NCBI GenBank assembly: GCA_045105615.1
Contig: JBGCDS010000027.1
Location: 3,036 to 67,035 of the forward strand
Source: Gammaproteobacteria bacterium
GTDB taxonomy: Bacteria > Pseudomonadota > Gammaproteobacteria > UBA4575
Length of the DNA stretch: 64,000 nucleotides
Reading direction: 5' to 3'
Part shown: in pieces, positions 8,972 through 20,973 of the stretch
How positions within the stretch are numbered: the first letter of the stretch is position 1
Layout of the letters: the number at the start of each line of letters is the position of its first letter
Notes under the pieces: generated by a model
Told to the model about the DNA's origin: nothing
The model's input: only the letters and a program-made list of their open reading frames with translations
Databases searched by the model: none
Position numbers and translations under genes: made by a program

Positions 8972-9472
8972 ATGAAAACAAGACGACTAATAACGCTTAG
9001 CATATTATTTACTTTTTTAACCTTACTTATTACCGCATATGCAGACACTCCCAATGATGCTGATGCATTGGAAGGCATAGATACGGGTAAAGTAATATGG
9101 GATGTAACGTTAAGCAAGCCCAGTCGTCTACTATTTGTCATGAAAGTCATTGATGAAACTTATGAAGACCTAGTCCAGCAAGGCGTTAAACCAGATATGG
9201 TATTCACCTTTCATGGGCGCGTATTAAAGCTATTGTCCTCACAACCCATAGAACTAGATCTAGATGAAGAAGTTGCCCTAGAAGAGTTACTCGTGTTAAT
9301 TCAAACACTGAGCAACAAACCCGGCGTAAAGATGGAATCATGCTCAATCGCCTCGCGTATTCTAGGCATAGATAACAGCACGATTATTGCTGAGGTGAAA
9401 CCAGTGGGTAACACCTTTGTTTCAATGATTGGGTATCAGCAAAAAGGCTATGCGTTAATTCCAATTAATTAA
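8972..9472 (+). CDS. exported DsrE/DsrF-like (YchN-fold) candidate protein
   Basis: signal peptide; 166 aa; KVIWDVT...FVMKV..., conserved Cys in CSIASRILG; family assignment tentative. Confidence 0.4.
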   Translation: MKTRRLITLSILFTFLTLLITAYADTPNDADALEGIDTGKVIWDVTLSKPSRLLFVMKVIDETYEDLVQQGVKPDMVFTFHGRVLKLLSSQPIELDLDEEVALEELLVLIQTLSNKPGVKMESCSIASRILGIDNSTIIAEVKPVGNTFVSMIGYQQKGYALIPIN

Positions 9473-9493
9473 CGCAGTTTGAAATTAGCTTAT

Positions 9494-10357
9494 TTACTCA
9501 GGCTTTCGAAACTTTAGAGTAATACGTGTAGATTCACCAATTGCTTGTAAGCGTGTACGCAGCTCTGGATTATCTTTACTGGTGGATAATGAAGGCGGCA
9601 GACGCCAAACCATGTCTTTTTCTGTTGGTTGGTCTTTTTCGTTGATGCTAATGCGACTTTCATCCACATATTCAAAACCTGCATTTTCCAGTTCTTTGAT
9701 AATTAGGCTTTTCTTCAGGTAACCATTAGACCCTCCCGCCCATTCATCAGACATAGACTCATCAGCAAGATGTTGAACAACACCGACAATGCCGCCAGGC
9801 TTTAGTACCTGGTAAGCATTATCTAGCGCGGTAGAAAGGTAACCGCCGTCGTTCTCGAATCGTTTAAGGTTGTGTAAAGCACGAATAAATAATACTGCAT
9901 CAGCAGTGCCTTTAATATTCTCTGGCATAGAACCAAACACAAATGCAGAAACTACTGCGCTATCCTCATCACCCCACGTTTGCGCCTCTTTGCTCCAATC
10001 TTCCACCCAAGTCTTTTTAGACTCAATAAATTCTTTGGCAAAAAAACCAAATTTGGGATACATATCTTGAGCGTAGTCTGCGCCAATCAACTGACCCTGC
10101 TTACCTAAATAAGGAATCAGAATCTTTGTATACCAACCTCTACCAGGAAGTGCCTCAACTACTGTCATGTCAGGAGTAACACCAAAGAATGCTAAAGTTT
10201 CTTGCGGGTTTCGATAGCTATACCTCGCTTGCAACTCAGCAGGTTGTTTTTTTAACACATCGGCCAATCTATCCGCATCAAACTCAGCGGCATAGGCACT
10301 TGAAATTGAAAGCGCAAGAAGAGTTAACGATATTACGTAGGGAAAAATTCTCATCAC
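9494..10357 (-). CDS. exported class I SAM-dependent methyltransferase-like protein
   Basis: signal peptide; LKPGGIVGVVQH post-motif; 287 aa. Confidence 0.55.
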   Translation of the reverse strand: MMRIFPYVISLTLLALSISSAYAAEFDADRLADVLKKQPAELQARYSYRNPQETLAFFGVTPDMTVVEALPGRGWYTKILIPYLGKQGQLIGADYAQDMYPKFGFFAKEFIESKKTWVEDWSKEAQTWGDEDSAVVSAFVFGSMPENIKGTADAVLFIRALHNLKRFENDGGYLSTALDNAYQVLKPGGIVGVVQHLADESMSDEWAGGSNGYLKKSLIIKELENAGFEYVDESRISINEKDQPTEKDMVWRLPPSLSTSKDNPELRTRLQAIGESTRITLKFRKPE

Positions 10358-10636
10358 AATCTATCCTTATTTAAAATGACATAACAAATAAAAACGAACC
10401 ACGTATGAACAGGCAAAAGATTAACATAGTTGCGTTGCAAGAAATCCCTCATAAACAAAGAGGCATTATTTTTCCACCCACTGATATAGAACATCAAACT
10501 TATAACAACACTGTCTCTTTCTAGCCTCAAAAATAAAAAGGATCAGAGCTCTTAAATATCTTCATTCTTCTAATTTTTTTTAAAATCTAAAAAAATAAAA
10601 GAGCTTGGACCCTTTATATTTGCAATAATACTCAGT

Positions 10637-11050
10637 ATGAGACGTTCAAATCACACATTTATTTTTTTCCTCTGCCTAATTGCTAGCGGCTGCGCTACTA
10701 CCCAAACCAAACAAGCTGATAGCAATGAAGTATCTCCCTTTAGCGCACAGGGCTGGGGTGGTGCTACCTGCGAAGATTTAATTCACGACATCACACCTAA
10801 GAATGTTGGCTTTCAACAGGCAGTAGAAAATATTCGCTTGTACCAATCTTGGGCTAGCGGGTTTGTCTCTGGCGTTAACTACTCTGACAGCGATGTTTAT
10901 GATGTTTCGGGTGCTACCACACCAGAGGATACCTTTATTTGGTTAAAGAACTATTGTGAGGATAATTCAGAAACGGTGATACCGATTGCGCTACATGAAT
11001 TACTGGGGATATGGAAGCAGGAAGGAAAAACTTTAAAACAAGCTAAATAG
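10637..11050 (+). CDS. hypothetical lipoprotein
   Basis: lipobox LIASGC; 137 aa. Confidence 0.5.
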   Translation: MRRSNHTFIFFLCLIASGCATTQTKQADSNEVSPFSAQGWGGATCEDLIHDITPKNVGFQQAVENIRLYQSWASGFVSGVNYSDSDVYDVSGATTPEDTFIWLKNYCEDNSETVIPIALHELLGIWKQEGKTLKQAK

Positions 11051-11064
11051 CGATCTTCGACTTA

Positions 11065-11637
11065 CTAGAAATCTTTTACTAACGCGTCTAGTTCTTCTAG
11101 CATTTTAGCGCGCGCTTCATCCTCTACTATTGGCACCGAATAAAATACGCGATCGACTATATTGGTAATACCACAGAATGCTAATGTACCTTCAGTAGTG
11201 CTTTTGGTTAATTGATCCGCATCTTTCCCGAAATCTTCTTTAGTACCGCCCGCTGTCACAACCACCATTGCACGCTTGCCAGTTAACAAGCCCTGCACAC
11301 CATTCTCATCAAAGTTAAATGCAAAACCGTGAGTGAACACGCGGTCAAACCAACCTTTTAATATGGCTGGGCGATCAAACCACCATAACGGATAAATCAC
11401 CACTAGTGTATCCGCCCAGGTCACTTGTTCTTGCTCACGCTTGATGTCGTCAGGCAGCTTGCCTTCGCTCTGCAATGATAGCTGAGCTTCACCTAGCACT
11501 GGATCAAATCTTTCTGCGTACAAATCTTTTAAACGTACGGTTGCGCCTTTGTTTTTAAATGCAGAATTTATTACCTTAAGAATTGATTGATTGAAACTCA
11601 AAGGATTAGGGTGTGCATAGACAATGAGAACATTCAT
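11065..11637 (-). CDS. flavodoxin-fold NAD(P)H dehydrogenase (quinone), KefF/MdaB-like
   Basis: MNVLIVYAHPNPLSFN N-terminus typical of Flavodoxin_2 family. Confidence 0.75.
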   Translation of the reverse strand: MNVLIVYAHPNPLSFNQSILKVINSAFKNKGATVRLKDLYAERFDPVLGEAQLSLQSEGKLPDDIKREQEQVTWADTLVVIYPLWWFDRPAILKGWFDRVFTHGFAFNFDENGVQGLLTGKRAMVVVTAGGTKEDFGKDADQLTKSTTEGTLAFCGITNIVDRVFYSVPIVEDEARAKMLEELDALVKDF

Positions 11638-11650
11638 AGTGTTGATCTTA

Positions 11651-13090
11651 TTAAACCAGCTTTTTCTTTAACAACTCATTAACCTGCGCAGGGTTTGCTT
11701 TTCCTTTGGTGAGCTTCATGACATTGCCCACAAAGAAACCAAATACTTTATCTTTACCCGACAAATATTGCTCTACCTGCTTAGGGTTATCAGCAATGAC
11801 CTTATCTACAATTGCTTCAAGCTCACCGACATCTGAAATTTGCTGCAAGCCTTTTTCTTCGATGACTTGATCAGCGGTTTTATCACTGCTCCACATATCA
11901 TGAAAAACTTCTTTAGCAATTTTCCCTGAAATAGTGTTATCGGCAATACGTGATATTAGCTGTGCCAAACGCTCTGCACTAACTGGACTTTGCGTCACAT
12001 CTAAATTATTTTGATTTAACGCACCAGACAATTCCCCACACACCCAATTGGCCGCCATTTTTGCTTCGCCTTTAACATGCGACACTACCTGCTCGAAGTA
12101 ATCTGCCACATCTCGTAATGCACTGAGTTGTTCAGCATCATCTGCACTCAGACCATACTCACTACAGAAACGCTTCTGTTTTACATCAGGCAACTCTGGC
12201 AACTGTTCTTGCAGCTGCGCTAATAGATCAGGGTCAAGCTTTACAGGCAATAAGTCAGGATCTGGGAAATAGCGATAATCGTTTGCCTCTTCTTTACTAC
12301 GCATGGTGCGGGTTGAATCATCATCAGCATCGTATAAGCGTGTTTCTTGCACAACACGGCCACCACTTTCAATCACATCAATTTGGCGTTCTATTTCGTA
12401 ATTGATTGCGCGTTCTACAAATCTGAATGAGTTTAAATTTTTAGTTTCTGTGCGTGTGCCCAGTTCAATTTCTCCTGTGCGTCTTACAGATACGTTAGCA
12501 TCGCATCGGAATGAGCCCTCTTGCATATTGCCGTCACAGATACCCAAGTATTGAACAATAGAGTGAATCTTCTTCATGTAGGCAACGGCTTCTTTGGCTG
12601 AGCTCATTTCAGGCTCTGAGACAATCTCTATTAGCGGGGTACCGGCTCGATTTAAATCGATACCTGTCATACCATCAAAATCTTCATGCAAAGACTTACC
12701 TGCATCTTCTTCTAGATGCGCGCGAGTGATTCCCACTATTTTTGTTGAGCCATCTTCTAAAGCGATTTCTAATTTTCCATGCTCAACAATAGGAATCGCT
12801 AATTGGCTAATCTGATAGCCTTTTGGCAAGTCTGGATAGAAGTAATTCTTACGGTCAAATACAGAGCCATCATTAATAGTGGCATCGACCGCTAAGCCAA
12901 ACAAAGCTGCTTTCGCGACAGCTTCTTTATTCAGTACTGGCAAGACTCCAGGCAAGCCTAAGTCAACCGCACATGCTTGCGTATTTGGCTCTGCGCCATA
13001 GGTTGTCGCTGCTGCGGAAAATATTTTTGTTTTAGTGTTTAGCTGTGTGTGTATTTCCAGCCCAATAACCACTTCCCATTCCATACTCAT
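11651..13090 (-). CDS. gatB: Asp-tRNA(Asn)/Glu-tRNA(Gln) amidotransferase subunit B
   Basis: [16 protein letters not shown]-terminus; 480 aa; AGGTGA RBS upstream; gatC-gatA-gatB order. Confidence 0.95.
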   Translation of the reverse strand: MSMEWEVVIGLEIHTQLNTKTKIFSAAATTYGAEPNTQACAVDLGLPGVLPVLNKEAVAKAALFGLAVDATINDGSVFDRKNYFYPDLPKGYQISQLAIPIVEHGKLEIALEDGSTKIVGITRAHLEEDAGKSLHEDFDGMTGIDLNRAGTPLIEIVSEPEMSSAKEAVAYMKKIHSIVQYLGICDGNMQEGSFRCDANVSVRRTGEIELGTRTETKNLNSFRFVERAINYEIERQIDVIESGGRVVQETRLYDADDDSTRTMRSKEEANDYRYFPDPDLLPVKLDPDLLAQLQEQLPELPDVKQKRFCSEYGLSADDAEQLSALRDVADYFEQVVSHVKGEAKMAANWVCGELSGALNQNNLDVTQSPVSAERLAQLISRIADNTISGKIAKEVFHDMWSSDKTADQVIEEKGLQQISDVGELEAIVDKVIADNPKQVEQYLSGKDKVFGFFVGNVMKLTKGKANPAQVNELLKKKLV

Positions 13091-13093
13091 CAC

Positions 13094-14542
13094 CTATTCA
13101 AATTCTTTTGGCATTTGCAAATGATAATCAGTCTGTTGCTGATACTGATGCCCAAGATTTAATAATGTTTGCTCTTCGAAATAATTACTCACTAACTGCA
13201 TACCTACTGGCAGGTCCTGCTGAAAACCCACCGGCAATGAAATACCTGGCAAACCAGCCAAATTGACGCCGATGGTATATATATCAGAAAGATACATAGT
13301 GATTGGATCATCTGACTTTTCATTCACTTTAAATGCAGTCGTGGGCGTAGTGGGACTTAGCACGGCATCCACTTGATCAAACGCAGCTTTATAGTCCTCA
13401 CTAATTAATCGGCGTATTTTTTGCGCTTTAAGATAATATGCATCGTAATAGCCCGCTGACAATGCGTAGGCACCCACCATAATGCGCCGTTTCACTTCTT
13501 CACCAAAACCTTCACTGCGTGAACGAGAATACATGTCTTCTAAATTAGTTGGGTTGTCACAACGATAACCGTAACGCACACCATCAAAACGCGATAAATT
13601 TGATGAACATTCCGCAGGCGCAATCACGTAATAAGCAGCAATAGCTAACTTTGCATTAGGCAAGGAGATGGGTTTAATTTCACAGCCCAAATCTTTAAGC
13701 ACATCACAGGCTTTATGTATTTTTGCAGCAATATCTGGATCCAATCCTTCTTGAAAAAATTCTTCTGGCAACCCTATTCTCAAACCTTTTACTGACTGTT
13801 CTAATCCTGCAACATAATCCGGCACTGGTTGATCAACACTAGTTGAATCACGTGCATCATGCCCAGCAATGGATTGCAGCATGTAAGCACAGTCTTCGGA
13901 ACTAACGCCAAATGGGCCGCCTTGATCCAAACTAGAGGCATAGGCAATCATGCCAAAACGTGAAACGCGACCGTAAGTTGGTTTTAATCCTGTTATGCCG
14001 CATAGAGCAGCGGGCTGTCTAATTGAACCCCCCGTATCTGTTCCCATGCTGACAGGCGCTAATCGTGCTGCCACTGCAGCGGCAGAACCTCCTGATGATC
14101 CGCCGGGTACACGCTCTGTGTCCCAAGGATTTTTTACCACGCCGTAGTAACTTGATTCAGACGATGAGCCCATGGCAAATTCATCCATGTTTGTTTTACC
14201 TAACGACACGGCACCTGCTTGATTTAATTTTGTTACTACCGTGGCATCATAAGGCGCGATGAAATTATCTAACATGCGTGACGCGCAACTTGTTTTTATT
14301 CCATCAGTACAAAAGATATCTTTTAGTGCAATAGGGATACCATTTAAAATTCCACCCTCTGAACCACGCGCATCAGCTTGCTTAGCATTTTCTATTGCTT
14401 GTTCTGGCGTAAAGGTCACAAACGAATTTAATTGTTCGTCATGTGCTTCGATGCGTTGAATGTAGTGACCCACTAATTCTTCACTACTAAACTCTTTAGC
14501 AGCGAGTGCTTTCGCTTGTTGTGCGACTGTTAACTTATGCAT
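13094..14542 (-). CDS. gatA: Glu-tRNA(Gln) amidotransferase subunit A (amidase signature)
   Basis: 482 aa; [13 protein letters not shown] amidase signature. Confidence 0.95.
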   Translation of the reverse strand: MHKLTVAQQAKALAAKEFSSEELVGHYIQRIEAHDEQLNSFVTFTPEQAIENAKQADARGSEGGILNGIPIALKDIFCTDGIKTSCASRMLDNFIAPYDATVVTKLNQAGAVSLGKTNMDEFAMGSSSESSYYGVVKNPWDTERVPGGSSGGSAAAVAARLAPVSMGTDTGGSIRQPAALCGITGLKPTYGRVSRFGMIAYASSLDQGGPFGVSSEDCAYMLQSIAGHDARDSTSVDQPVPDYVAGLEQSVKGLRIGLPEEFFQEGLDPDIAAKIHKACDVLKDLGCEIKPISLPNAKLAIAAYYVIAPAECSSNLSRFDGVRYGYRCDNPTNLEDMYSRSRSEGFGEEVKRRIMVGAYALSAGYYDAYYLKAQKIRRLISEDYKAAFDQVDAVLSPTTPTTAFKVNEKSDDPITMYLSDIYTIGVNLAGLPGISLPVGFQQDLPVGMQLVSNYFEEQTLLNLGHQYQQQTDYHLQMPKEFE

Positions 14543-14581
14543 AAATAAAAGATAGGTTGTGTATTGCTAATAATGCGAAAT

Positions 14582-14869
14582 TTATTCGATAACTTTAGGG
14601 ACGAGATACAAGCCGTCTTGCGTTGCCGGTGCAATCTGTTGAAATTTTTCACGCTGATTAGTTTCTGCAATTTCATCCACGCGTAATGACTGCATCATAT
14701 CTTGCGGATGTGCCATCGGCTCAATATTCTCCACATCGGCTTGATTCATCTGCTCGACAAATTCCAATATGCGAGAAAGATCCTGCTTGTAGCGATCAAG
14801 CTCATCTTGATTAATTTGCAATTTTGCCAGTTTGGCAATATCGCGAACATCTTCCGTTGAAAGTGCCAT
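14582..14869 (-). CDS. gatC: Glu-tRNA(Gln) amidotransferase subunit C
   Basis: 95 aa, position upstream of gatA, MALSTEDVRDIAKLAKL. Confidence 0.9.
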   Translation of the reverse strand: MALSTEDVRDIAKLAKLQINQDELDRYKQDLSRILEFVEQMNQADVENIEPMAHPQDMMQSLRVDEIAETNQREKFQQIAPATQDGLYLVPKVIE

Positions 14870-14969
14870 AATTTGCTCCTCGATAAGGTACAGAAAGGTA
14901 CCATATATAACGTCTTGCCCAAACCCATACCCGCTGTTAGAGTACCGTTTCTATTCCAATGATTATTAA

Positions 14970-16028
<1,059 letters not shown>

Positions 16029-16118
16029 AACAGTTAGCCATCCACATTTGATGGTCGGAGGATCACTATAAAACCTCTATTTACATTTGATGCATCCGCA
16101 TCATCCAGGCTACTAATT

Positions 16119-16982
16119 TTGGTCATTGTTTCTGTTGTCATTATGACAATAGATCACCGTTATCAGCACTTACAAGTAGTTCGCTCTTCACTAGCAGCAG
16201 CCACCTATCCATTACAGTACTTGGCACATTTGCCTTCCGCTATTAGTGAAATATTTAGCGAGAATCTTGCTGCGCGCATAGACCTGCTTGATGATAATGA
16301 AACATTACGCGAACAAGCACTTTTCAACCAAGCAAAGCTACAGCGCTTAGCATTACTAGAACAAGAAAATGCACGATTAAGAGAACTGCTCGGCTCACCG
16401 ATTCAGACTTCTCATGAAAAAGTGTTGATTGCCGAAATTTTGTCAGTCGACCTTCATCCCTTCAAACAATTAATCACCATCAACAAAGGCAAACGCCAAG
16501 GCGTGTTTGACGGTCAACCACTGATTGGAGCAAAGGGCATCATTGGGCAAATTATTGAAGTCTATCCGATGCATTCTACTGCGCTCCTCATCTCCGACCC
16601 TAACCATGCATTACTCGCAGAAAGCAATCGGACAAACTTACGAGCACTACTGGTTGGCAGCGGAAAAACTGATCGTGTTGAATTAAAAAATGTTTCTTTA
16701 TCTGCCGATATTCGTGTTGGAGATTTACTACACACCTCCGGCTTAGATGGGCGATACCCTCCCAACTACCCGATAGCAGAGGTTACCGAAATCAATAACC
16801 GACCTGGCGATGCTTTTCTAAATGTAGAAGCTCGACCCCTAGCAGACTTAGACACCATACGAGAAGTATTACTATTATGGACATCGCCCCCTGAAGAAGA
16901 CGAATTAAATTCAGAAGAAAATAGTAGCGATTCAGACACAGCTAACAGCGCTGAGTCTACTACCATGCAAGAAACACCATAG
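16119..16982 (+). CDS. mreC: rod shape-determining protein MreC (conserved KPLF N-terminal region lies upstream of first canonical start)
   Basis: coiled-coil then beta domain; ORF open from 16038 encoding ..IKPLFTFDASASSRLLILVIVSVV with no ATG/GTG/TTG before 16119. Confidence 0.85.
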   Translation: MVIVSVVIMTIDHRYQHLQVVRSSLAAATYPLQYLAHLPSAISEIFSENLAARIDLLDDNETLREQALFNQAKLQRLALLEQENARLRELLGSPIQTSHEKVLIAEILSVDLHPFKQLITINKGKRQGVFDGQPLIGAKGIIGQIIEVYPMHSTALLISDPNHALLAESNRTNLRALLVGSGKTDRVELKNVSLSADIRVGDLLHTSGLDGRYPPNYPIAEVTEINNRPGDAFLNVEARPLADLDTIREVLLLWTSPPEEDELNSEENSSDSDTANSAESTTMQETP

Positions 16983-16983
16983 G

Positions 16984-17466
16984 ATGCGTAAAACAACACG
17001 AACATATTATGTATTGATTGGCTCATTCATCATTGCCACTTTACTCACTATCATGCCTATTCCAGTATGGGCCGAACCATTTCGACCAGAATGGATTTTA
17101 TTGTTAGTCATTTATTGGAGCATGACTACACCAAGATGGATTGGCGTTGGTTCAGCCTGGGGACTTGGACTTATAGTAGACGTATTACGTGGCGCCTTGC
17201 TAGCACAGCATGCATTAGGCTTTGCGCTAACTGCATTTATCAGTATTCGCTTTTATCAACGCGTGCGCATTTATCCATTACATCAACAAGCTTTATTTAT
17301 TGCGATGATCTTATTGCCCCACATGAGTGTTTCATTATGGGTCTATGGAGTACTCGGCCAAGACCCTGAATCCTGGACTTACTGGTCTCCCGCATTAACT
17401 AGCGCCATTGCTTGGCCATGGATTTATATTGTTATGCGTGCCGTCAGAAGAACTTCTGACTTATAG
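16984..17466 (+). CDS. mreD: rod shape-determining protein MreD
   Basis: 160 aa multi-TM immediately after mreC. Confidence 0.85.
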   Translation: MRKTTRTYYVLIGSFIIATLLTIMPIPVWAEPFRPEWILLLVIYWSMTTPRWIGVGSAWGLGLIVDVLRGALLAQHALGFALTAFISIRFYQRVRIYPLHQQALFIAMILLPHMSVSLWVYGVLGQDPESWTYWSPALTSAIAWPWIYIVMRAVRRTSDL

Positions 17467-17499
17467 ACTAATTTATCCTCCACCTTAGACGCTGAACTT

Positions 17500-18405
17500 T
17501 TAAGTTCGATTTACCATTAAATTAGCCACGCCCACCATCATCAACGCTACACCAAGTACTAACCACACACTAAATGGTTCGCCTAGCAGATAAATCGCTA
17601 ACACAATAGTGAATATTGGACCTAGCATTCCAACAATTCCTGTTTGCGTGGGACCTATTCGACTCAATGCCTCAGTCATCATAAAGCTTGGAATTACCGT
17701 GCTTAATATAACGAGCATTACTAGCCAGAACCAAGCTGCATGGCTAATAGACAAGTCTGAGAAATCTAACACCACAACACCATGTAACAAACCAAATATG
17801 CAAGAAGAAATCATGGCTATACAAGTAAACAGCTGGGATCCTAAGCGCTTAATATACCGTTTACTAAATAACACATAAAACGCAAAGCTCAATGCAGCTC
17901 CCAACACCATGAGCGTTCCCTCAACTACTCCTTCGCCCACTAGCTTTAACTCATGACCCATGACCACATACAAGCCTGCATAGGTGACAATCAATGAAAT
18001 TATTATTCGTCGTGTAATATTTTCGTTAAAGAAAAAATAACCCAATAGCGCCACCATAAATGGATAAGTAAACAAACTTAAGCGTTCTAATTGTGCGCTA
18101 ATCAGCTCCAAACCCATCAAATCTAATAATGACGCCAGGTAATAACCAAAAAAACCTAATGCAAAGATTGTTATCGTTGTTTTGAAATTTAAACCTATAT
18201 CAGATGACTTCTTAGATAATGACCAAATCAACATTCCTATATAAATGGGCAGTGACATTGCCATGCGCAATACCAGCACCTCATCTGCATCCATATTCTC
18301 CGCATAGAGGAATTTGATAAAGATTGATTTCAATGAAAACAGAAGCGTGCCAAAACCAGCTAGTGCAAAGCCCAGCGATAAATTTTTATCTGGAGCAGTT
18401 TTCAA
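17500..18405 (-). CDS. EamA/DMT-superfamily transporter
   Basis: 301 aa, ~10 TM segments, duplicated EamA-like halves. Confidence 0.7.
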   Translation of the reverse strand: MKTAPDKNLSLGFALAGFGTLLFSLKSIFIKFLYAENMDADEVLVLRMAMSLPIYIGMLIWSLSKKSSDIGLNFKTTITIFALGFFGYYLASLLDLMGLELISAQLERLSLFTYPFMVALLGYFFFNENITRRIIISLIVTYAGLYVVMGHELKLVGEGVVEGTLMVLGAALSFAFYVLFSKRYIKRLGSQLFTCIAMISSCIFGLLHGVVVLDFSDLSISHAAWFWLVMLVILSTVIPSFMMTEALSRIGPTQTGIVGMLGPIFTIVLAIYLLGEPFSVWLVLGVALMMVGVANLMVNRT

Positions 18406-18523
18406 TTGTATAATTGGTAACTATGATTTTTCAGCTGCCATGAAATTACAAGCTTCGATGAGCTTACACCCTGATCAACATGACAAGCATAACTACCAAT
18501 CAAGATGGAGCTAATATTAGTTA

Positions 18524-19948
18524 CTATGACTTGCCTGATGGATTAGTATATTGATCATTAAGTTTCTGAACAAAGCCATCAGCAGAATCACGTAGTTCGC
18601 TAATTTTATCCATCGCTTTTTGATCCCATCCAGCTAAGCGCCCAAATAATACACTCTTAAACCAACGCGTATTCTTTAGGAATGCTGCTCGCAAATTTCC
18701 ATAGTAACCATCCTCCGCTAAGCCGCGCGCATACCATTTAGCAATAGCGCCTCTAACAATAAAATGCACCAATACAAATACAGCGGCAATAGCAATTAAC
18801 AACACATTAGACATCACACCACCATAGCCATCTGCCGGCATACCTGGAATAGCAAAGCTAAATCCCTTCCAATAGCCATGAGAAATTGTGTACGACAAGA
18901 AAAAAATAAATAACGGAATTAGCACAATGACATCCGCAATCAGCACACGTTTTTTCCACACACTAACTGCTGTTTGCAACTCAGGAACTATTTCTTTTTC
19001 AATGCGATTTGAAAAATTCTCTAGTGCACCAATAATCCTATAAGCACGCTCAACACTTACCTGTGCAATACGTTTAGTAATTTCATGCAAATCAGCATCA
19101 CGCTTGCGTTTATATCTCTCTTCTAAGCCTGGGTCTTCAATTTTAACTGCCGCATCTTTATTATACAAAGTATGGAAGCTGCCGCTAACTAAGCCACCTT
19201 GAGCAATGGCGCGTTGCCATGCTGCGACTACATCCTCTAGATTATCTTCTGCTGCAGTGGTATCAATTTGATTCAAGATAAACATTATCTTATTGGCATC
19301 TTTGCGCCGTACTGTGCCAGCAACCAAGTGTTCCAAAGTATCTCTCATTGCGCCAGGCTCTGGATGTCTGGCATCAAAAAATACCAACACTAAATCAGAA
19401 AGATTAATAATATGATCTGTTATACGTAATGTTGAGTCCCTCTGAGAATCAGCATCAAATCCTGGTGAGTCAATCAAGATTTTGCCTCGCATAACATCAG
19501 TAGGACAGGTTTTTAATTGCAGATAAGTATCAATTCTTGAACCTTCACCTTCAGCTACTTTATCAATTGCTTCACTCATTTGATAAAATGGGAAACGCGG
19601 ATCCGCGTCCAACGCTATTCCGGGCAATACACGCACAGTGTCATCACTGCTAAAACAAAGCACAGTAAACTTATCATCGACGGCTTGGTTCCCCGTCTTC
19701 TGAATAGTGTCACCCACATACTGGTTTATAAAGCTCGACTTCCCTGCCGAGAATGTCCCCAAAATTGAGATCAGAGGCCACCATGAGATTTCTGTCGTGT
19801 ATGAGTCACGTGCATTCAACACACCTAAGCCCAAACCTACCTCATCTAGCTCAATAAATTTATCCACAACAGAGACCAACAGTGGACTCTCTTGCTCTAA
19901 ATGTTTTTGCAGGCTTTTTATCCGATCAGTTGTAATCTTATCTTGCAT
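18524..19948 (-). CDS. dynamin-family GTPase with two C-terminal transmembrane segments
   Basis: G1 GTFSAGKSSFIN, G3 IDSPGFD, G4-like NQID; hydrophobic stretches VLIADVIVLIPLFIFFL and VLLIAIAAVFVLVHFIV. Confidence 0.65.
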   Translation of the reverse strand: MQDKITTDRIKSLQKHLEQESPLLVSVVDKFIELDEVGLGLGVLNARDSYTTEISWWPLISILGTFSAGKSSFINQYVGDTIQKTGNQAVDDKFTVLCFSSDDTVRVLPGIALDADPRFPFYQMSEAIDKVAEGEGSRIDTYLQLKTCPTDVMRGKILIDSPGFDADSQRDSTLRITDHIINLSDLVLVFFDARHPEPGAMRDTLEHLVAGTVRRKDANKIMFILNQIDTTAAEDNLEDVVAAWQRAIAQGGLVSGSFHTLYNKDAAVKIEDPGLEERYKRKRDADLHEITKRIAQVSVERAYRIIGALENFSNRIEKEIVPELQTAVSVWKKRVLIADVIVLIPLFIFFLSYTISHGYWKGFSFAIPGMPADGYGGVMSNVLLIAIAAVFVLVHFIVRGAIAKWYARGLAEDGYYGNLRAAFLKNTRWFKSVLFGRLAGWDQKAMDKISELRDSADGFVQKLNDQYTNPSGKS

Positions 19949-19958
19949 GGCAGTACGA

Positions 19959-20939
19959 CTATTTAGTTAGCTTTTTCATTTTCTTTAATTGCTCAGCAAA
20001 CTCAATACATGGGTCTTGATTGCGCTCACTGGGCGTGAAGTAAATATAATCAAATTGCTGAGGTAAATCAGTATGATCTATATATTCCTCTATATGCATT
20101 TTATCAGGATCAACATTCACAAAAGCAATACTGACAGATTGTTTTCCTAAGCGTTGCAAGTGTACAGGCACACCGATATCTTTGCGAACATGAACCGCGC
20201 CTGCAATCAGAGCCACATTATGCGTATCTGCCATTCTGGCCAGCGATAATGCAAATGATGCATCTTTAGCCAGCTGGGCACGCAATAATGGCTCTGTATG
20301 CGCTATCGGTAAATAGCCGCAATGAGCATCAAAAATCAGTTGTTTAATGGCATCTTTCATGTCACCTGTAATGGAATCACAGAACTCTAGAGATACACCA
20401 AATCTAGATACTCGACATTGCTCACTAGCAGAATATTTTTTTATTTGCTCACGAGTCAGATTCGCCCCTATCATCGGCATCTGATGTTTAATCTGCACCT
20501 CTAAAATAGGTTTATATATTTCCCAATCCCATTGCGCGGATATTTCTTCAAGCTTTTCATGCAAACTTTCTAATGGCTGTTTAAATGAATATTCAGTTTG
20601 TAGCTCAGCCCAGTCATCGTAAGCCAACATCTCAAATACTAAGGCTGAAGGCTTATCTATGGACAGCCATTTCTCTATGGTCTTAGCTTGAGCAATATGG
20701 TGATCTGGATTTGTATGTGTTTCGCCTAGTAAGATAATTTGCTCATGTTGGATATTTTTATCCAGCTGTTGCACAGAAATCCACGTTTTATCTTTAACAG
20801 AGAAAACTTTTCCTACAAATGGGTGGTCTCGATAGTATAGTGACTGCCAATCATCATGTACTGGCGACGCCACGCAACAAGTGAACGACATAAATAACAA
20901 TAAAAGCCAGATATAACGACGCAACCATGTTTGTTTCAT
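19959..20939 (-). CDS. ChaN-family (haem-binding uptake / Tiki-TraB superfamily) exported protein
   Basis: signal peptide; GETHTNPDHH motif characteristic of ChaN/Tiki family. Confidence 0.6.
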   Translation of the reverse strand: MKQTWLRRYIWLLLLFMSFTCCVASPVHDDWQSLYYRDHPFVGKVFSVKDKTWISVQQLDKNIQHEQIILLGETHTNPDHHIAQAKTIEKWLSIDKPSALVFEMLAYDDWAELQTEYSFKQPLESLHEKLEEISAQWDWEIYKPILEVQIKHQMPMIGANLTREQIKKYSASEQCRVSRFGVSLEFCDSITGDMKDAIKQLIFDAHCGYLPIAHTEPLLRAQLAKDASFALSLARMADTHNVALIAGAVHVRKDIGVPVHLQRLGKQSVSIAFVNVDPDKMHIEEYIDHTDLPQQFDYIYFTPSERNQDPCIEFAEQLKKMKKLTK

Positions 20940-20973
20940 TACTACTATTACTCAAATAAAGTTATTACTCAAA

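Noticed and set aside
17067-17369. 100-aa ORF in alternative frame inside mreD, and 17609..17878 inside the DMT transporter gene
   Set aside because: Overlapped by well-supported membrane-protein genes. No independent support.
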